From: Microcaecilia unicolor
Lineage: Eukaryota
Length of the DNA: 64,000 nucleotides
Assembly: GCF_901765095.1 (NCBI RefSeq)
Contig: NW_021963017.1
Span: 174,253-238,252 of the forward strand
Reading direction: 5' to 3'
The stretch's first letter is position 1, and each line of letters starts with the position of its first letter. The notes beneath the pieces were generated by a model. It was not told the origin of the DNA. It did not search any database and saw nothing but the letters and a program-made list of their open reading frames with translations. Below are positions 52,525 through 64,000 of this stretch, one piece after another. The translations under genes were made by a program, and so were the position numbers.

Positions 52525-53430
52525 AATGGGTCTGAACTGTGTCTGCATGGCACCCCCGATCAGTCAGTCCCAAGCTGGAGTCGGCAAGGCGTCCAAACCC
52601 CAGAGTTCCGCCATCAGGAGCTCTAAGAAGATCCCTTGAGGCGGGTTACCCTACACCTCCCCTTGAAGACAGGATTCAGGTCTTAAGGCTCGGGATCGCC
52701 ATGATGTTCGGAAGTATCAAGGCTCGCAGAGGAGTCCCCAGCGAATCATGGCGGGTAGCCCTGCTTCGGTGCTGGGCACTCGGGCCAACTCGGTGTACAA
52801 GCTCCAGCCCGGTCGACAACCGACCGTCTCACGACCCATGCCTAGTACGGGGATTATGGATCACTCGCTTAAACTCACCAACAGATTCCATCAGAGATAT
52901 CCATGGAGACCTAGATCACCCGAGAGGTCCGGGGGGGCCTTGAGAGGGAGGAACTGTTATGACTCTGCCCCGGTATCATGCTCTCATTCATCTCGCCCCT
53001 TGGTGGTCGCAATGGACTGTCTGTCTGTGGTTTTCCCGGTTCCAGAAGTCATTCCGGTCCGGTCCGGATTTTCTAGGCTGCCAGTTGGTCTTGAGACTTT
53101 TTGGAACTAAGCTGTTTCCGTACCTGGTGAACTCCCTGGCTGTTGGCCTTTATTAACCACCTGGAAGTTTCACTAGTTTGCCTTACAACAGAGGTCCTCG
53201 GAGGTGTGTCTTCTGCGATTGTTTGTTGCTGTGCTTCCCTTGCTACTTTCAGTTTTTGCCTTTGAACCTTGTGCCTGGACTTGGACTTTATTTTGCCTGC
53301 CCACGGTCCTGCTGGGTTTGTGGACTATCTTCCTGCTCTCTGCTGTGGCTTCTGTTCCGGTGGGTGTTCCTCCTGCCGCTGCCGCCCTCGGCAGTAGCCC
53401 AAGGGCTCACTATCCAGTGTTTCATGTGAA
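52525..53430. mobile_element. Copy of the non-autonomous TIR-element family seen at 15535-16990
   Basis: 52985-53100 is co-linear with 15520-15640 (...tggtggtcgcaatggactgtc...ttccggtccggtccgg). The ORFs are spurious. Confidence 0.35.
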
Positions 53431-54729
53431 GCCTGACAGTGAGGGAGTGTTTCTAAGGAAACCCTATCTTGAATCACCCACTCCCTTACATACCTTTTGG
53501 GATGTATTATTGCCAACCAGGAATTAAATTAACAGATATGAATGAGATAAGGTTGAGGTATTCAGCACACTATCAAAAAAAGCAATCAAGGAGTGGAAAA
53601 TCAAATTTTTTTTTACAGTTTCTTTAGAGTAAAATTATGTTAGGATTAATTTTTGTTCAAGTTCTTACAATACCTTAGCAAGCTAAAAGAATCATCAATG
53701 TATGTTTACTTCCCTCTATTTGCTAAGAACAAATACTAAAAACATGAATTTTTAGCCATCAATTTGCTTGTTCATCTGCAGGATACCCTTATTTGACTCT
53801 AACCATGTCACAGTGACTAGCAAGTCACAATAACACTCCTAATTCCAGCCAGTTTGTAGAAGAAGAATCCAAGCTGGGCATTACACTTGTGTATGACTTG
53901 GGGAAACTTAGAATAAAAATAACTGAAGGGAGAGTTCACATCCTTGGGTGTGAGAAATCACTTACGGCTTGCCTATGAAGTGGGAGAGGCCGTAAGGAAT
54001 GTAAATAACCACTCTATTCTGTACCTGGCAGTTGATATGTGTACTTAAGACTCATGCTAAAAGAATTTTAATGTGCAACTTGGTAAAATTTATTGCACAC
54101 GTTAAAACAGGTCTTAACATGCTGCCCAAGGGCATTGTAAAACTTCATCCATCTACATATCTCAGTTTCACTTGCACCCTCGGCTATGTATTAAGATTCC
54201 TTATTGTATTGTAAAAACAGTGTTACCATATCTTTGTTATTTGAATGTTCTAATGTCTGCCTATTAGTTGTTGTTATGCCCCTCACCTCCGGTTCGGCGG
54301 GATGCTCCAGGGAACCAGGAACACCCACCGTTGTAGCGGGCCCGGTGCTCTCTTCAGCAGCACTGAGCTGGACCGACGCTCCTGTCGGCCACGCTGCCTT
54401 CACGCTGATGTTGCCGCCGTTCCCACAGGTACTGGGAGCACCGCTGTCCTTCCTGTGCCCCGTTCTGCGGCCTGCCCTGGGCCGTAACCATGCCTTCTTG
54501 CTTCACAAGGATTGGCTTCCTCCGCGGGCAGGCTTCTGACTCTCTCCCTCATTTGCCATTGGTCCTCGACTGGTCTCCCCCCCCCCCAGCTGGTCCCGGC
54601 TGACATCAGACGCCAACACTATTTCAGGGAAGCTCTTCCTCTGCTGCTTTGCTTCGGCTTCTAATTGGTGAGCTTTCTTCTTCACTGTATTTTGTGTGCA
54701 TTTCTGGTTCTGGACCCTGCTAGTTCCTG

Positions 54730-54960
54730 GTATACTCTCTTGTCTGCTGCCTGCCTGTGATACGTCGCCTGGACCTGGTCTACTCTCTTGTCTGCTGCCT
54801 GCCTGTGATACGTTGCCTACTCTCTTGTCTGCTGCCTGCCTGTGATACGTTCGCTAGAACCTGGTCTACGCTCTCTTGTCTGCTGCCTGCCTGTGATACG
54901 TTCGCTAGAACCTGGTCTACGCACTCTTGTTTGCTGCCTGCCTGTAATTAATGGACTGTA
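54730..54960. repeat. Tandem repeat of ~50-bp units, about 4.5 copies
   Basis: The unit tctcttgtctgctgcctgcctgtgatacgttcgctagaacctggtctacgc is repeated directly. Confidence 0.75.
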
Positions 54961-57596
54961 CCTGGACCTGTTCCTTCTGCTCTCCATCAGCTGGCTCCTC
55001 ATGGCACCCCGCTTCTTGCCTCTCAGTATAAGTCCTGTCTGCCGCCCACACCTGGGTGCTCAACCCTCAGGGAACGGCGGTCACCACAGGTGAAATTCGG
55101 GGTTGTCTGGGAATCCGGGTCCGAATTCCTCGCATCCGGCAGCCCACTGCTCAGCACAGGAACTCACAAAGCTGACAGGTGTTTCATTGATCTTGTGCTG
55201 GCATTGTATCATATCTGTTATGTGAATTGTATTCCTTGCTGTCTGAAAAACGAAAGAGAGGAAAAGACTGTGCAGAGTAAACACAGGAAACCAAAGAACG
55301 GAGGTGGTCAAATGAAACAGAGACGTGAATCACAGTTGCAAATAGGAAGTCAGCCATTAATAAAGACTTCCTATTTGCACCTGTGATTTAACGCCTCCAT
55401 TTTTTTTGGCCACCTCTGCTCTTTGGTTTCCTGCTGTCTGCCATAGCTTTGTTTGTATTGCACTGACTTTACCAGAACACAGTGCTTTTACCACACTTAG
55501 AACATGTGAATGGTTTCACTTTATTTTGGATTTTCTTGTGTATTTTGTACATTTTGCATTTGGCTGTATTTGTTTGAAAATGGATCAAGAAATAAAACAT
55601 CCAAATCACAAAACATTTTTCCAAACAGCATTTTCAAAAGGAAAAGAAACTTTTTTTTGTAGAAAATGACCTTTCCTGTTCTGATTTTGGACGTTTTAGA
55701 AAAGACGTCCAAATTCAGACTTAGATGTCGTATCCAAAAATGCTGCTGGCGCATTTGACTTGCCCAGAGTCACAAGGAGCAGCAGTGGGAATTGAACCCA
55801 TGCTACCAGGATCAAAGCCCGCTGCACTAACTGTTAAGCCACTCCTCCTCTGTTTTAGATGTCTTGCATTTGGATGTCTTTTGTTCGAAAATGGACCAAA
55901 AAAAAGGACGTCCAAAACATCCAAATCACAGGACGTCCATAGTATTTTTGAACACAAAAGAAAGAAGTCCATCTTTTTCTAAAATAACCTTCTTTCCTGT
56001 TCGGAATTTGGACGTCTTTGTAAAACGACTACATTCTGATCTAGACATTTCTTTCGAAAATGCCCCTCCACTTGACCTGCCCAGTGTTGCAAGGAATGTC
56101 AATGAGAGGAGGATTTGAACCGTGCATTGTCTGGTTCTCATATCACTAGACTTCTTTTCCACTCAAAATAACACACTGCTTCTTTAGTTGTACTCTGTAC
56201 GTAGTATAACCAGAGGGAAATGTGTGAACCAGAAACTTGAAATCCAGTCATACATTTTTTTTTAAAGTTACATTTTGGATAGGGTCAAAGCCAAGTGAAA
56301 CTATGTTGAATTAATTTGTATTGTGACCAAGGGTACAGTTAAGTTTTGGAAGCCAAGCAATTCCAGATATCCGTATTTGAAAGTTACAGTTTTGATTATC
56401 CGACCTTCACTGATCCGACCATTCAGCATATCCGACAGACCCCCGGTGACATCATGCATCTTTTCTTTCTGTTTTCCAATAGTGCAGGACCCTATTTTTA
56501 TAGCAAAACAGCACCGTTGTGAGCCGAGACCCTTCTTTTACTGCCTTTGTTTCTGCATTGTTTGAGTGGTTACCGTTGTTTTCTGTATTATCCATCTATT
56601 CATTTATCCAACAACTGGTTTGGTCCCGTTTAGGTCGGATAATCGAGATTTGACTGTATTTATGTTTTTGCAAGTTAAAGTAAGATCCCTATATTTTAAA
56701 GAAAAACAATTGAGTATGCTTGAAAGCTAAATGTCTGTCTTCTGATGTTTGAAGGTTTTGGCATAATTTCTTGGATGCAGAATAGCTTTTTAAATGAGAA
56801 TGAATTGAAAGCCTGTCAGGGATGTTCAACAACAAAACTGCATGTCTGGTTATTAACTTGCCCTAGCTCTGGGACCATCTACAGCATGAGGCAAAAGAAA
56901 AGTAACCCTCTAGAGCTTTTTTGCCATTTTCTCAGCAACTGCTTTGAATTTCAGTGAGAAATTTTACATACTTTTGTAGTCATCATACTTGCATATTACT
57001 ATTAAACAACATTTAATTATCTTAAGCTGTGTTGATGTTGCTGACATTTTAGCATTACTACCTAGTGATTTTTGTGCATTAAAAATGTTCAAACTAAAAC
57101 ACGGTAAAATAACATCATCCAAACGATACAGTTAACAGTGTGTCAGAATTTCACAGTCACCATGAATGCTCAAAGTGTTCACCCCCCAGCTTTAACATAG
57201 TTCCTTGGGGAAGTTCTAACAGCCTTGTTGATTGGTCCTTGTGGCAGGCTATCCGAGATCATCTGCAACAGTTTCCTTGAGTTCACCAATTGTTTGCAGA
57301 GGGTGGAGCTTGTGATAGGCCTCCAACATTGCTCCCCAGACAAAAGTCTACATCACTCTGATGTCATTAACAGTAAGCTGGTACCCCGGTTTGTTTTTCA
57401 AAGTCTGTAACTTTGTGTTTAAAGATAATCTCATTCCACTCGATACATAAACGTAGAGAGTTACAACAAATAAAGTTGTAAAATTTCAAGTTGAAATTCC
57501 AAGCGGTTGCTGAGAAAATACCAGAAAACTTCAGGGGATTACACCCTGTAGATATTCTGGGGTTAACAGTCTACCAATTTATCTTGTTTATTTCAG

Positions 57597-57672
57597 AATT
57601 TATACCAAAGATAATCTGGATCCTACCAATCTTCAAGATGTCGAAATTGCAAAGTATGCTGTTCTTGAAAAA
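57597..57672 (+). CDS. PARP4: PARP4 coding exon 4
   Basis: The acceptor is ttgtttatttcag| and the donor GAAAAA|gtaagag. (R)IYTKDNLDPTNLQDVEIAKYAVLEK aligns with human ...PQDFEVAKYNTLEK. Confidence 0.7.
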
Positions 57673-59029
57673 GTAAGAGTTGGATCAGCTGAATTATTTT
57701 GCAGTTGCAGTTCTCTATCTTGTAAATCAATTAAAGTATTTTACTGACCTTTGCCTGATTTAAGTTTGTTAGTGCTACTGCTAGGGTCAAAGCCATCAGC
57801 ACATGCAAATCCCGTGAGAGGTAAAGGACAAGCAGAGTGAGAGGAGGAGTAGTGATATACTAGAGCTTTGTGCAGTGATGACCTTGAACAGTAAGGCCCT
57901 CTATTAACTTATTAGGCAGCAGGACCAGTAAAGCGGCTGAGGTGGCAAGAGCTGTTCACTGTTGAAGGTCCCCAGTTCAGTTGCTTAACTGAGCCTTCCA
58001 TTACCCAGATTGGCTGAGAGGGTGTTGAGGCGGCAGTGTTCAGTTTCCATGGCCATTGCTTATGAGCAGCACCAAGTTACCAGATTTAGGGCCTATGGTT
58101 TCAGAGTCTTAGTCTTTTTTTTTGTTTGTTTAGCTCATAGAATAATGCCCCTGTTTATGAAATGTCATTAGGTTTCAATAGAGGCACTAGCCATTTTAAG
58201 TTGTGTACAGAGATTTTTTACCATCTTAGGTGGGCAAGTTCCTCAGTATTGTAGTTGTGCCAGAAACAAGTAGAAGTTGTTCATTTTGACATCAGCAGAC
58301 ACTTTACTTTCCCAGTCCAAAAATGGTAAGGTATAAAATGGTATTGAAGTCAACTTTTGCTTATCAAACCACTAATACATGGAATACTTCAACGGAAGAT
58401 ATTAGAGCTATGACTAATTATAAGTTCTTTTAGAAATCTTGAAAAACGTTTTTATTCTGCAAATATGTGTCTTTGAAATCTTAAAATGGGTTATTGGTTA
58501 TTTAATAATGTTGTAATACATAGGTTTATCTAGTTATCATCTCTGGAAACCTGCATTGAATTGTTAGATATGTCATTTACAAGTACTGTAATGTAAGAGT
58601 TCAAGAACGAGCCCTGGTGCATGGCCCTTGGCTGAGCATTTGCATTGTAGTGACCTGATCAGCTATACAGGGTGGGGTGGGATTGGGGCTGAGTGGGGGG
58701 GAAGGGGGGTTAAGAAGGTGAAAAGGAAGGTTAATTGCTAGGGAGTAGGTAATAAAGGCTTATGGCACCAGATTCTAGCCCTCATTTCAGTTGAGCTGGA
58801 AGTATTAAGGAATAAAAAGAAAAATGTTAATATCATAAGTGAGTTTTTTGTTCAAATGCTTTTCTTCTACCATTTTTTATCTTGCTTGCTATAGTGGAAT
58901 GCTTCTGCTGGGTGCACCAAGAGATAGAGATGTTAGCATGCCTGCCAGTCAGGCAATTTGATTAATGAAATGGCCACTGCTGACTGGTGCTGTCTTATTT
59001 AGTACCATTACATGTAGGCTTATAGGACC

Positions 59030-60740
59030 TTAAAAATATGATGGGAGGGAATAGGGTTACCATATGGCCAGTTTTACCCGGTCATGTCCTCTTTGTGAGG
59101 ACATGGCCAGGCATCTGGGCAGGTTTTGCCAGCCTGCCCATTTGTCTGGACTTGCTGACGAACGGGTAGGGTGGTGGGCTTCAGGGTGTCCTCCCCTCCC
59201 CTCCTTTACTTTATTGTAGTGTTCTGGTGGTCTAGTGACCTCTACGGGGCAGTAAAAAGCCCATCTTTCCTGCCTGGCGTGGCTGTAGACGGCCTTACTT
59301 CTGGCGCTGCTTCAAAATGCCTGCTGAGAGTTCAAGTGATGGCCTCATGAGACTTTCACAGAAGTCTTGCAAGGTCACTGCTTGAACTGTCGGCAGCCAT
59401 TTTGAATTGGCGCCAGGCGCAAGACAGTGTAGCCATGCCAGGCCCCATCTTTCCTGGCCCAAAGAGGCCACCAGGGCACTACAATAAGGTACAGGAGGGG
59501 TAGTGAACGAATGGAGTCGTGGGTGGGGGGAGACAGGAAAATTGGGGAGAGGATGTACATGGGGGGGGAGAGAGAGGGAATCTGGCTTTCTTTCAGGCAG
59601 ATGATCAAAAGCAAACGCCGGCATGCCGGCGTTTGCTACCGCCCCATAATCAGAGCCCTCGAGCGAGTGAAACAACGCGCTCGAGGGCTCTTTGCGCAAG
59701 TAGCATGCAAATGCATGTTAAACAGGGCTTAGCGCATTCATCGCCGATGATCAGCGGTCAGCGTGCCAAAATTTGGGTTGCTGGCCGTGGCAAACCCTAC
59801 GGCAGTTCCGAGCTGGCGTTAGGGTTTACAGATCATTGGGGAGGAATGGTGAGCCCTGTGTCCAGCATGCAGTTGCATGCTAGCAGGCCCCCGTTGCCCC
59901 CAAAGCAAACCTGCCAACAGGGGGCAGGAGGTCTGGCGGACCTCTGTTCCCCCTCCCCCCCCCGACGATCCCACCCCCCCAGGTTCAGGGAGGGCTGGCA
60001 GTCCGGTGGATCTCCAGCCCCCCCAAACCCCCAGAAAATGGTCCCTGGTGGCCGCTGGCTAACCCCCCCCCCCCCAGCAAGCGACAGGGGTGGGCTGGAG
60101 GTCCGGCGGACCTCCAGCCCACCCCAGCTCGCCCTCCCCCAGCGTTTTCAAGAATCCCTGGTGGTCCAGCATAAAAAAGAACCCCCTCCCAGCGAGCGAC
60201 CGGGGGGGGGGGCTGGAGATCCGGCGGACCTCCAGCCCACCCCAACTCCCCCCCCCCCACAACGTCTGAAGAATCCCTGGTGGTCCAGTGTAAAAAAGAA
60301 CCCCCTCCTGCCCCCCCCTACCTTAGTTGGAGGAGGGAGGTAGGTAGCCTGCCTCCTTCCTCTTCCATGGGATGACGCTGCCGCCGCAAAATGGTTGATG
60401 ACGTTGCTCGGGACAGGGGTAGTCATGGCCTGGTGGTCCCATGGACCTCCAGCCCCTGTGTTTGACAGGTTTGGGCTTTTGACAGCCCAGATCTGTCAAA
60501 CAAGTGCGGGAGGATTGTGCTGAGCGCATGCTCGGCACAATTTGCCCGCACTTCTACCCCATGATCAGAGATAATTGCGCTGTTTAAATTTGCATGCATT
60601 ATCTATGATCATAGGTCTAATAGGGCTCCACACTGTTCCAGCGCTATTTTAGAGCGCTGTTGGAACAGCGCAGGGCTTTTGATCATCTGCCTGTTTGGGA
60701 GGGTGGAGGTGTGACAGGGGCCAGGGCATGTTTCCTCTTT
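59030..60740. repeat. GC- and CpG-rich segment dense in palindromes, with ~120-bp tandem units at 60060-60305
   Basis: There is an imperfect ~300-bp palindrome at 59200-59500. Perfect hairpins include gcaaacgccggcatgccggcgtttgc and gagccctcgagcgagtgaaacaacgcgctcgagggctc at 59620-59700. Further hairpins sit at 60480-60560 and 60600-60680. The tandem units read gctggaggtccggcggacctccagcccacccc. Confidence 0.55.
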
Positions 60741-60909
60741 TTCCTTAGGGCAAATACGATAACCCTAGTAGGGAATCCTTTATTTCTGAAAGAAAGAGTG
60801 GCTCACTGAGTGGAGCAGAGCTGGTGAGCATCCATTAAAACTTGGTAGCATATCACTGAGGGTGTGAGGTCTATGTAGAAATGTATTAAACTGGAAAACG
60901 TTTTTTCAG

Positions 60910-61020
60910 ATTCTAACAGATTTAAAAGAAATGGCAGTTGTTGAGCTGCAGCAACTATCGGAAAATTATGCATTTCCATTTCGCATTTCAGCAAACTTTG
61001 GTTTATCAAATGGATCTCAG
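60910..61020 (+). CDS. PARP4: PARP4 coding exon 5
   Basis: The acceptor is ttttttcag| and the donor CAG|gtaattt. ILTDLKEMAVVELQQLSENYAFPFRISANFGLSNGSQ aligns with human VGMEGGQEAVVVELQCSRDSRDCPFLISSHFLLDDGMETRRQ. Confidence 0.75.
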
Positions 61021-61534
61021 GTAATTTTTATTGCCTTAAAAATCTTTTCACCAGTCTCTTAAAAATATTCTGTACAGATCTAAGTGATAAATAATTGGTA
61101 TGATATGGACCGGCTACACTAAGCACGACACGAGTAAAAAACTTTAGTTAGTACATCGGGCTCTAAATGAGCATCTGACATTCTTTTTCTCTTTCCATTT
61201 CCCAAGGCAAAAGAGAACAGGAGAATATACTTCAGTTGTATTAACTGCACAACAGTGCATAGTAAATACTCTTCATATTTTGTGGTGGTCCATTTTTTCA
61301 TGAATTTAAGGCACATGCCCCCAATTTGGGCTCGGGTCCACCCAAAATTAGACATCTCCCTTGCTGTGGCTGGTGGATATCCTCAAGCTCCGCCAACTGA
61401 AGATCTCCTCTTCCTGTTTAGTGACCAGAACTCTTCAAGCTCTGCAGCCAGTGTCAGTGTTCCTGGGGAGGTCTTCAGCTGTCAAGGCTTGGGGATCCCC
61501 ACCAGCTCAGGTATTTTATATTTTGTATTTGGAC

Positions 61535-61562
61535 GGGGGGGGGGGGGGGGGGGGGGGGGAGG
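61535..61562. repeat. poly(G) homopolymer of ~28 G, flanked by ~45-bp direct repeats at 61310-61355 and 61590-61630
   Basis: gggggggggggggggggggggggggg. The flanking repeats read cccaatttgggctcgggtccacccaaaattagacatctcc and cccacgtttggctcaggctcacccaaaatcagctatctgg. Confidence 0.9.
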
Positions 61563-62154
61563 GCAGAGGGGTGGGGAGATAATTGTGTGCCCACGTTTGG
61601 CTCAGGCTCACCCAAAATCAGCTATCTGGCGACGCCACTGATGTGTTCGATGCATTTTTAGAAGGTTTCCCAATATAGTTAAAGTAATTGGTAACACTGT
61701 GACAGTGTATTTCACTGAGGCAGCAAGTCAGCACAAAAGCATGAAAATATTTTCTGAATATAAATTTGTAGCACTGTCACCATCTATAGTAGATTGGTTT
61801 TAATGACACAGTAGAGAAAACATAACTCTTAGTAACAGACTTCAAAATATTTTAAATGGAAAACACATAATATTCTCTCTTTCTCTGTGAGTTTATGCTG
61901 ATTTGTCTAATCATGAGCTGACCTTGAGGCTTATTTTCAAAGCACTTAGCCTCCCAAAGTTCCATAGAAACCTATGGAACTTAGCCTCCCAAAGTGCTTT
62001 GAAAATATGCCTCCTTATATAGTAATGGAATCTGTAGAAAGCAAGTTCAGTGATATAAGTGTTTCTTTTATCACCAAACTGTGAAAGAGAAGAGAGTGTG
62101 AGGCATCATTAGTCCAGCCTGTTCATTAAAACATGGTGGTTTTGTGATTAACAG

Positions 62155-62304
62155 AAAGAAACACAGTTTCTACAGGTGAAAACTTCGAAAGAGGCTTGCG
62201 AAAGTTATGATGTCTATCTTGAAGATCTCAAGAAGAAAGATTTCACATTAAAAGAAGATGTCCCCCAAGAAGCAATCCGGTTTGCTTCTGAGATGCTGCA
62301 GGAG
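62155..62304 (+). CDS. PARP4: PARP4 coding exon 6
   Basis: The acceptor is tgattaacag| and the donor GAG|gtttct. KETQFLQVKTSKEACESYDVYLEDLKKKDFTLKEDVPQEAIRFASEMLQE aligns with human FAIKKTSEDASEYFENYIEELKKQGFLLREHFTPEATQLASEQLQA. Confidence 0.8.
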
Positions 62305-62699
62305 GTTTCTACTGGTTTTGATTTCATATGCTTTCAGTTTTACTTCTTTAGAGCAGTACTATGCTTTCTCTAGCTTTACAAGTTATTACAGTATATGAGA
62401 GATTTTTAGCAGTCAGTGGAAGCAGGAAAAGACAACGGGGGCTTAAGTGACTTGGTAGTAATGCGGAGCAGGAGAGAGAGTGTTGGATTGCCCAGATTTT
62501 ATGAGCAGTGTTCTGAAAGGAGAGACATGAGTAGCACTTATGATCTTTTTTTGAACGTAAAGTTATTCAGCTCCTATTAGGCCTGATGCCAAAACACAGT
62601 AACTGTTGAGAATGTAAATATGAGAAAAAGTAAAACAAAAAACAATTTCTTTGAATAAATCCCTTGACCAAAACTAATACAGTACTGTGTTCTGGCTTA

Positions 62700-63076
62700 A
62701 CATATCTCCCATATATCAAGAGATACTATGTTTTGGACTTTTGTTACAGGCTTGAAAATGCATTCAAAATATTAAATGACTACCATGTTAAAAAATACAG
62801 GAACTTTATGCGGGAGGTGTGGGTCCCAGACAGGTTCTTTCCTACACATTTGGTGGACCTGTCCTAGGGTGGTCCCTTTTTGGCAGGCTACTATAGAAGC
62901 ATTAGTAACTATGACGGACACATCCTTGGTGTGCAGTCCCTTGGTGTGCCTATTGGGTTTGCACAATGAAAGCGACTTTTGGGAGAAGAGCAAACTGATG
63001 TGATGGGGGTTGGCGGCAGCTAAGTGCCTCATAGCGCAACGCTGGAAAACGATAGACCCCCCCCCCCCCCCCCCCG
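62700..63076 (+). mobile_element. L1 ORF2 C-terminal (Cys-rich) fragment, followed by a poly(C) run
   Basis: ORF 62776-63003 reads ...GTLCGRCGSQTGSFLHIWWTCPRVVPFWQATIEAL, the C-x2-C...H...C tail of L1 ORF2. A C16 run sits at 63058-63076. Confidence 0.55.
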
Positions 63077-64000
63077 ACACTGGGTGAATGGAAGTGTAAA
63101 TTGGGACAGCTTCTACATATGGAACGCCTCACGGCGTATTGTAGAGATGGAGGCCTACGACGCAATGGGGGGTGGATTCGACTTCAACAATGTCTAGCAA
63201 GTGTATAAGATGGGTGGGATCTGGGAGTACGATTGGGGCTCGGAAAGAATGGGAGGGGAGGAAGGGATAGGGGGAAAGGGAGTTTGTCCCCAAGAACCAG
63301 GGGACAATCTCAAGTTATGTTGGGGATGACTATGGAAGGGGAAAATGTTTCATGTTCACATAAAGGTTACCTGCAGAGTGGATAATGTTAGGAGGGGTAT
63401 GGTTAGTAAGCTCAAAGAAGAAGAGTATGCATGGGCAATATGTATTTTCATTTGGTGCAAAAATGTTAGCAATTGTTTGCTTTAGTGAAGTTTATAGTGA
63501 ATAAGCTGTTTACCATACTTTGTGTAAGTTGTTTGCTTAAAATTTAACAAAAAAAATATAAAGAAAAAATACAGGAACTACAGGACATCTGGCTAGTTAA
63601 CTCAAAATTTTTTCAAAACTAAGTAACTGTTATGTTTTTTTCAGGGAAGTATAGTGCAGGGGGAAACTTCAGGAGGTGATGTTTATCGAGGGGTCGGGGT
63701 TTGACTGGTTGCAATGCAGTTTTTGCTGCATTGTAGTCCCTTTTGCATAATTTTGCACGGCAGGGGGTTTCTGCACAAATCCTGCAATGGTACTGTTGAA
63801 GAATTCCCCCAGGACTAAGGATTGAGAAACAGTATTTTTTATTATGTAATTACAATATAGCAAACTCTATCTGCCATACAGTGACTTGAACCAAAAACCA
63901 TATAAAATATTAAGGGTCTAATTGTTTCAAGAATGTTTTTGCTTTTTAGTACTATTTCACGTGTGTATTGGGACTCAGTTACCCCACTGGATACACACCT

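Noticed and set aside
57483-57520. FQVEIP peptide resembling PARP4 QNVEIP
   Set aside because: It is in the wrong frame and phase relative to the flanking exons and is followed by a stop. The genuine exon 4 is 57597-57672, which aligns on DVEIAKYAVLEK.
59519-60343. 274-aa ORF rich in Pro and Gly
   Set aside because: It is produced by GC-rich tandem and palindromic repeats and an equivalent ORF exists on the opposite strand. It has no domain-like motifs.
62745-62820. Candidate PARP4 exon 7 (LENAFKILNDYHVKKY)
   Set aside because: Its phase is incompatible with exon 6, since it starts GCT TGA in phase 0. It has no GT donor at the first candidate boundary. Immediately downstream is an L1 ORF2 C-terminal fragment. 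The next genuine exon is probably beyond the window.

Overview
This is vertebrate nuclear DNA and has no prokaryotic character: the window is AT-rich and repeat-dense, it carries GT-AG introns, and there are no operons or CRISPR arrays. Most of it is interspersed repeats. The only host gene found is the 5' end of a poly(ADP-ribose) polymerase 4 (PARP4, vault PARP) orthologue on the + strand. Six coding exons, including the start codon and the N-terminal BRCT domain, lie between about 38.27 and 62.30 kb and are separated by transposon-filled introns. The largest mobile element is a DIRS-like tyrosine-recombinase retrotransposon at about 5.94-13.40 kb, with inverted terminal repeats, an internal complementary region, and Gag, RT/RNase H and recombinase ORFs. 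Its right terminal repeat is split by a young Tc1/Sleeping-Beauty-like DNA transposon that looks intact: a 350-aa DDE transposase, near-identical ~205-bp IR/DR ends and a TA duplication. Other elements include a second truncated DIRS copy and several short derivatives carrying only the DIRS terminal repeats. A CR1/L2-like LINE (minus strand, with a nested insertion) and a 5'-truncated L1 (minus) are present. A longer L1/Tx1-like LINE (+) with ORF1 and ORF2 is truncated at its 3' end against a Gypsy-like gag-zinc-knuckle and protease fragment. There are also a pogo/Tigger transposase relic, tRNA-derived and (ACT)n/(TAG)n-tailed SINEs, MITE families, long perfect palindromes, several unclassified non-autonomous families and many tandem or simple repeats. 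I could run no database searches. Every call rests on reading the ORF translations and the nucleotide repeat structure directly, and coordinates of repeat boundaries are approximate.
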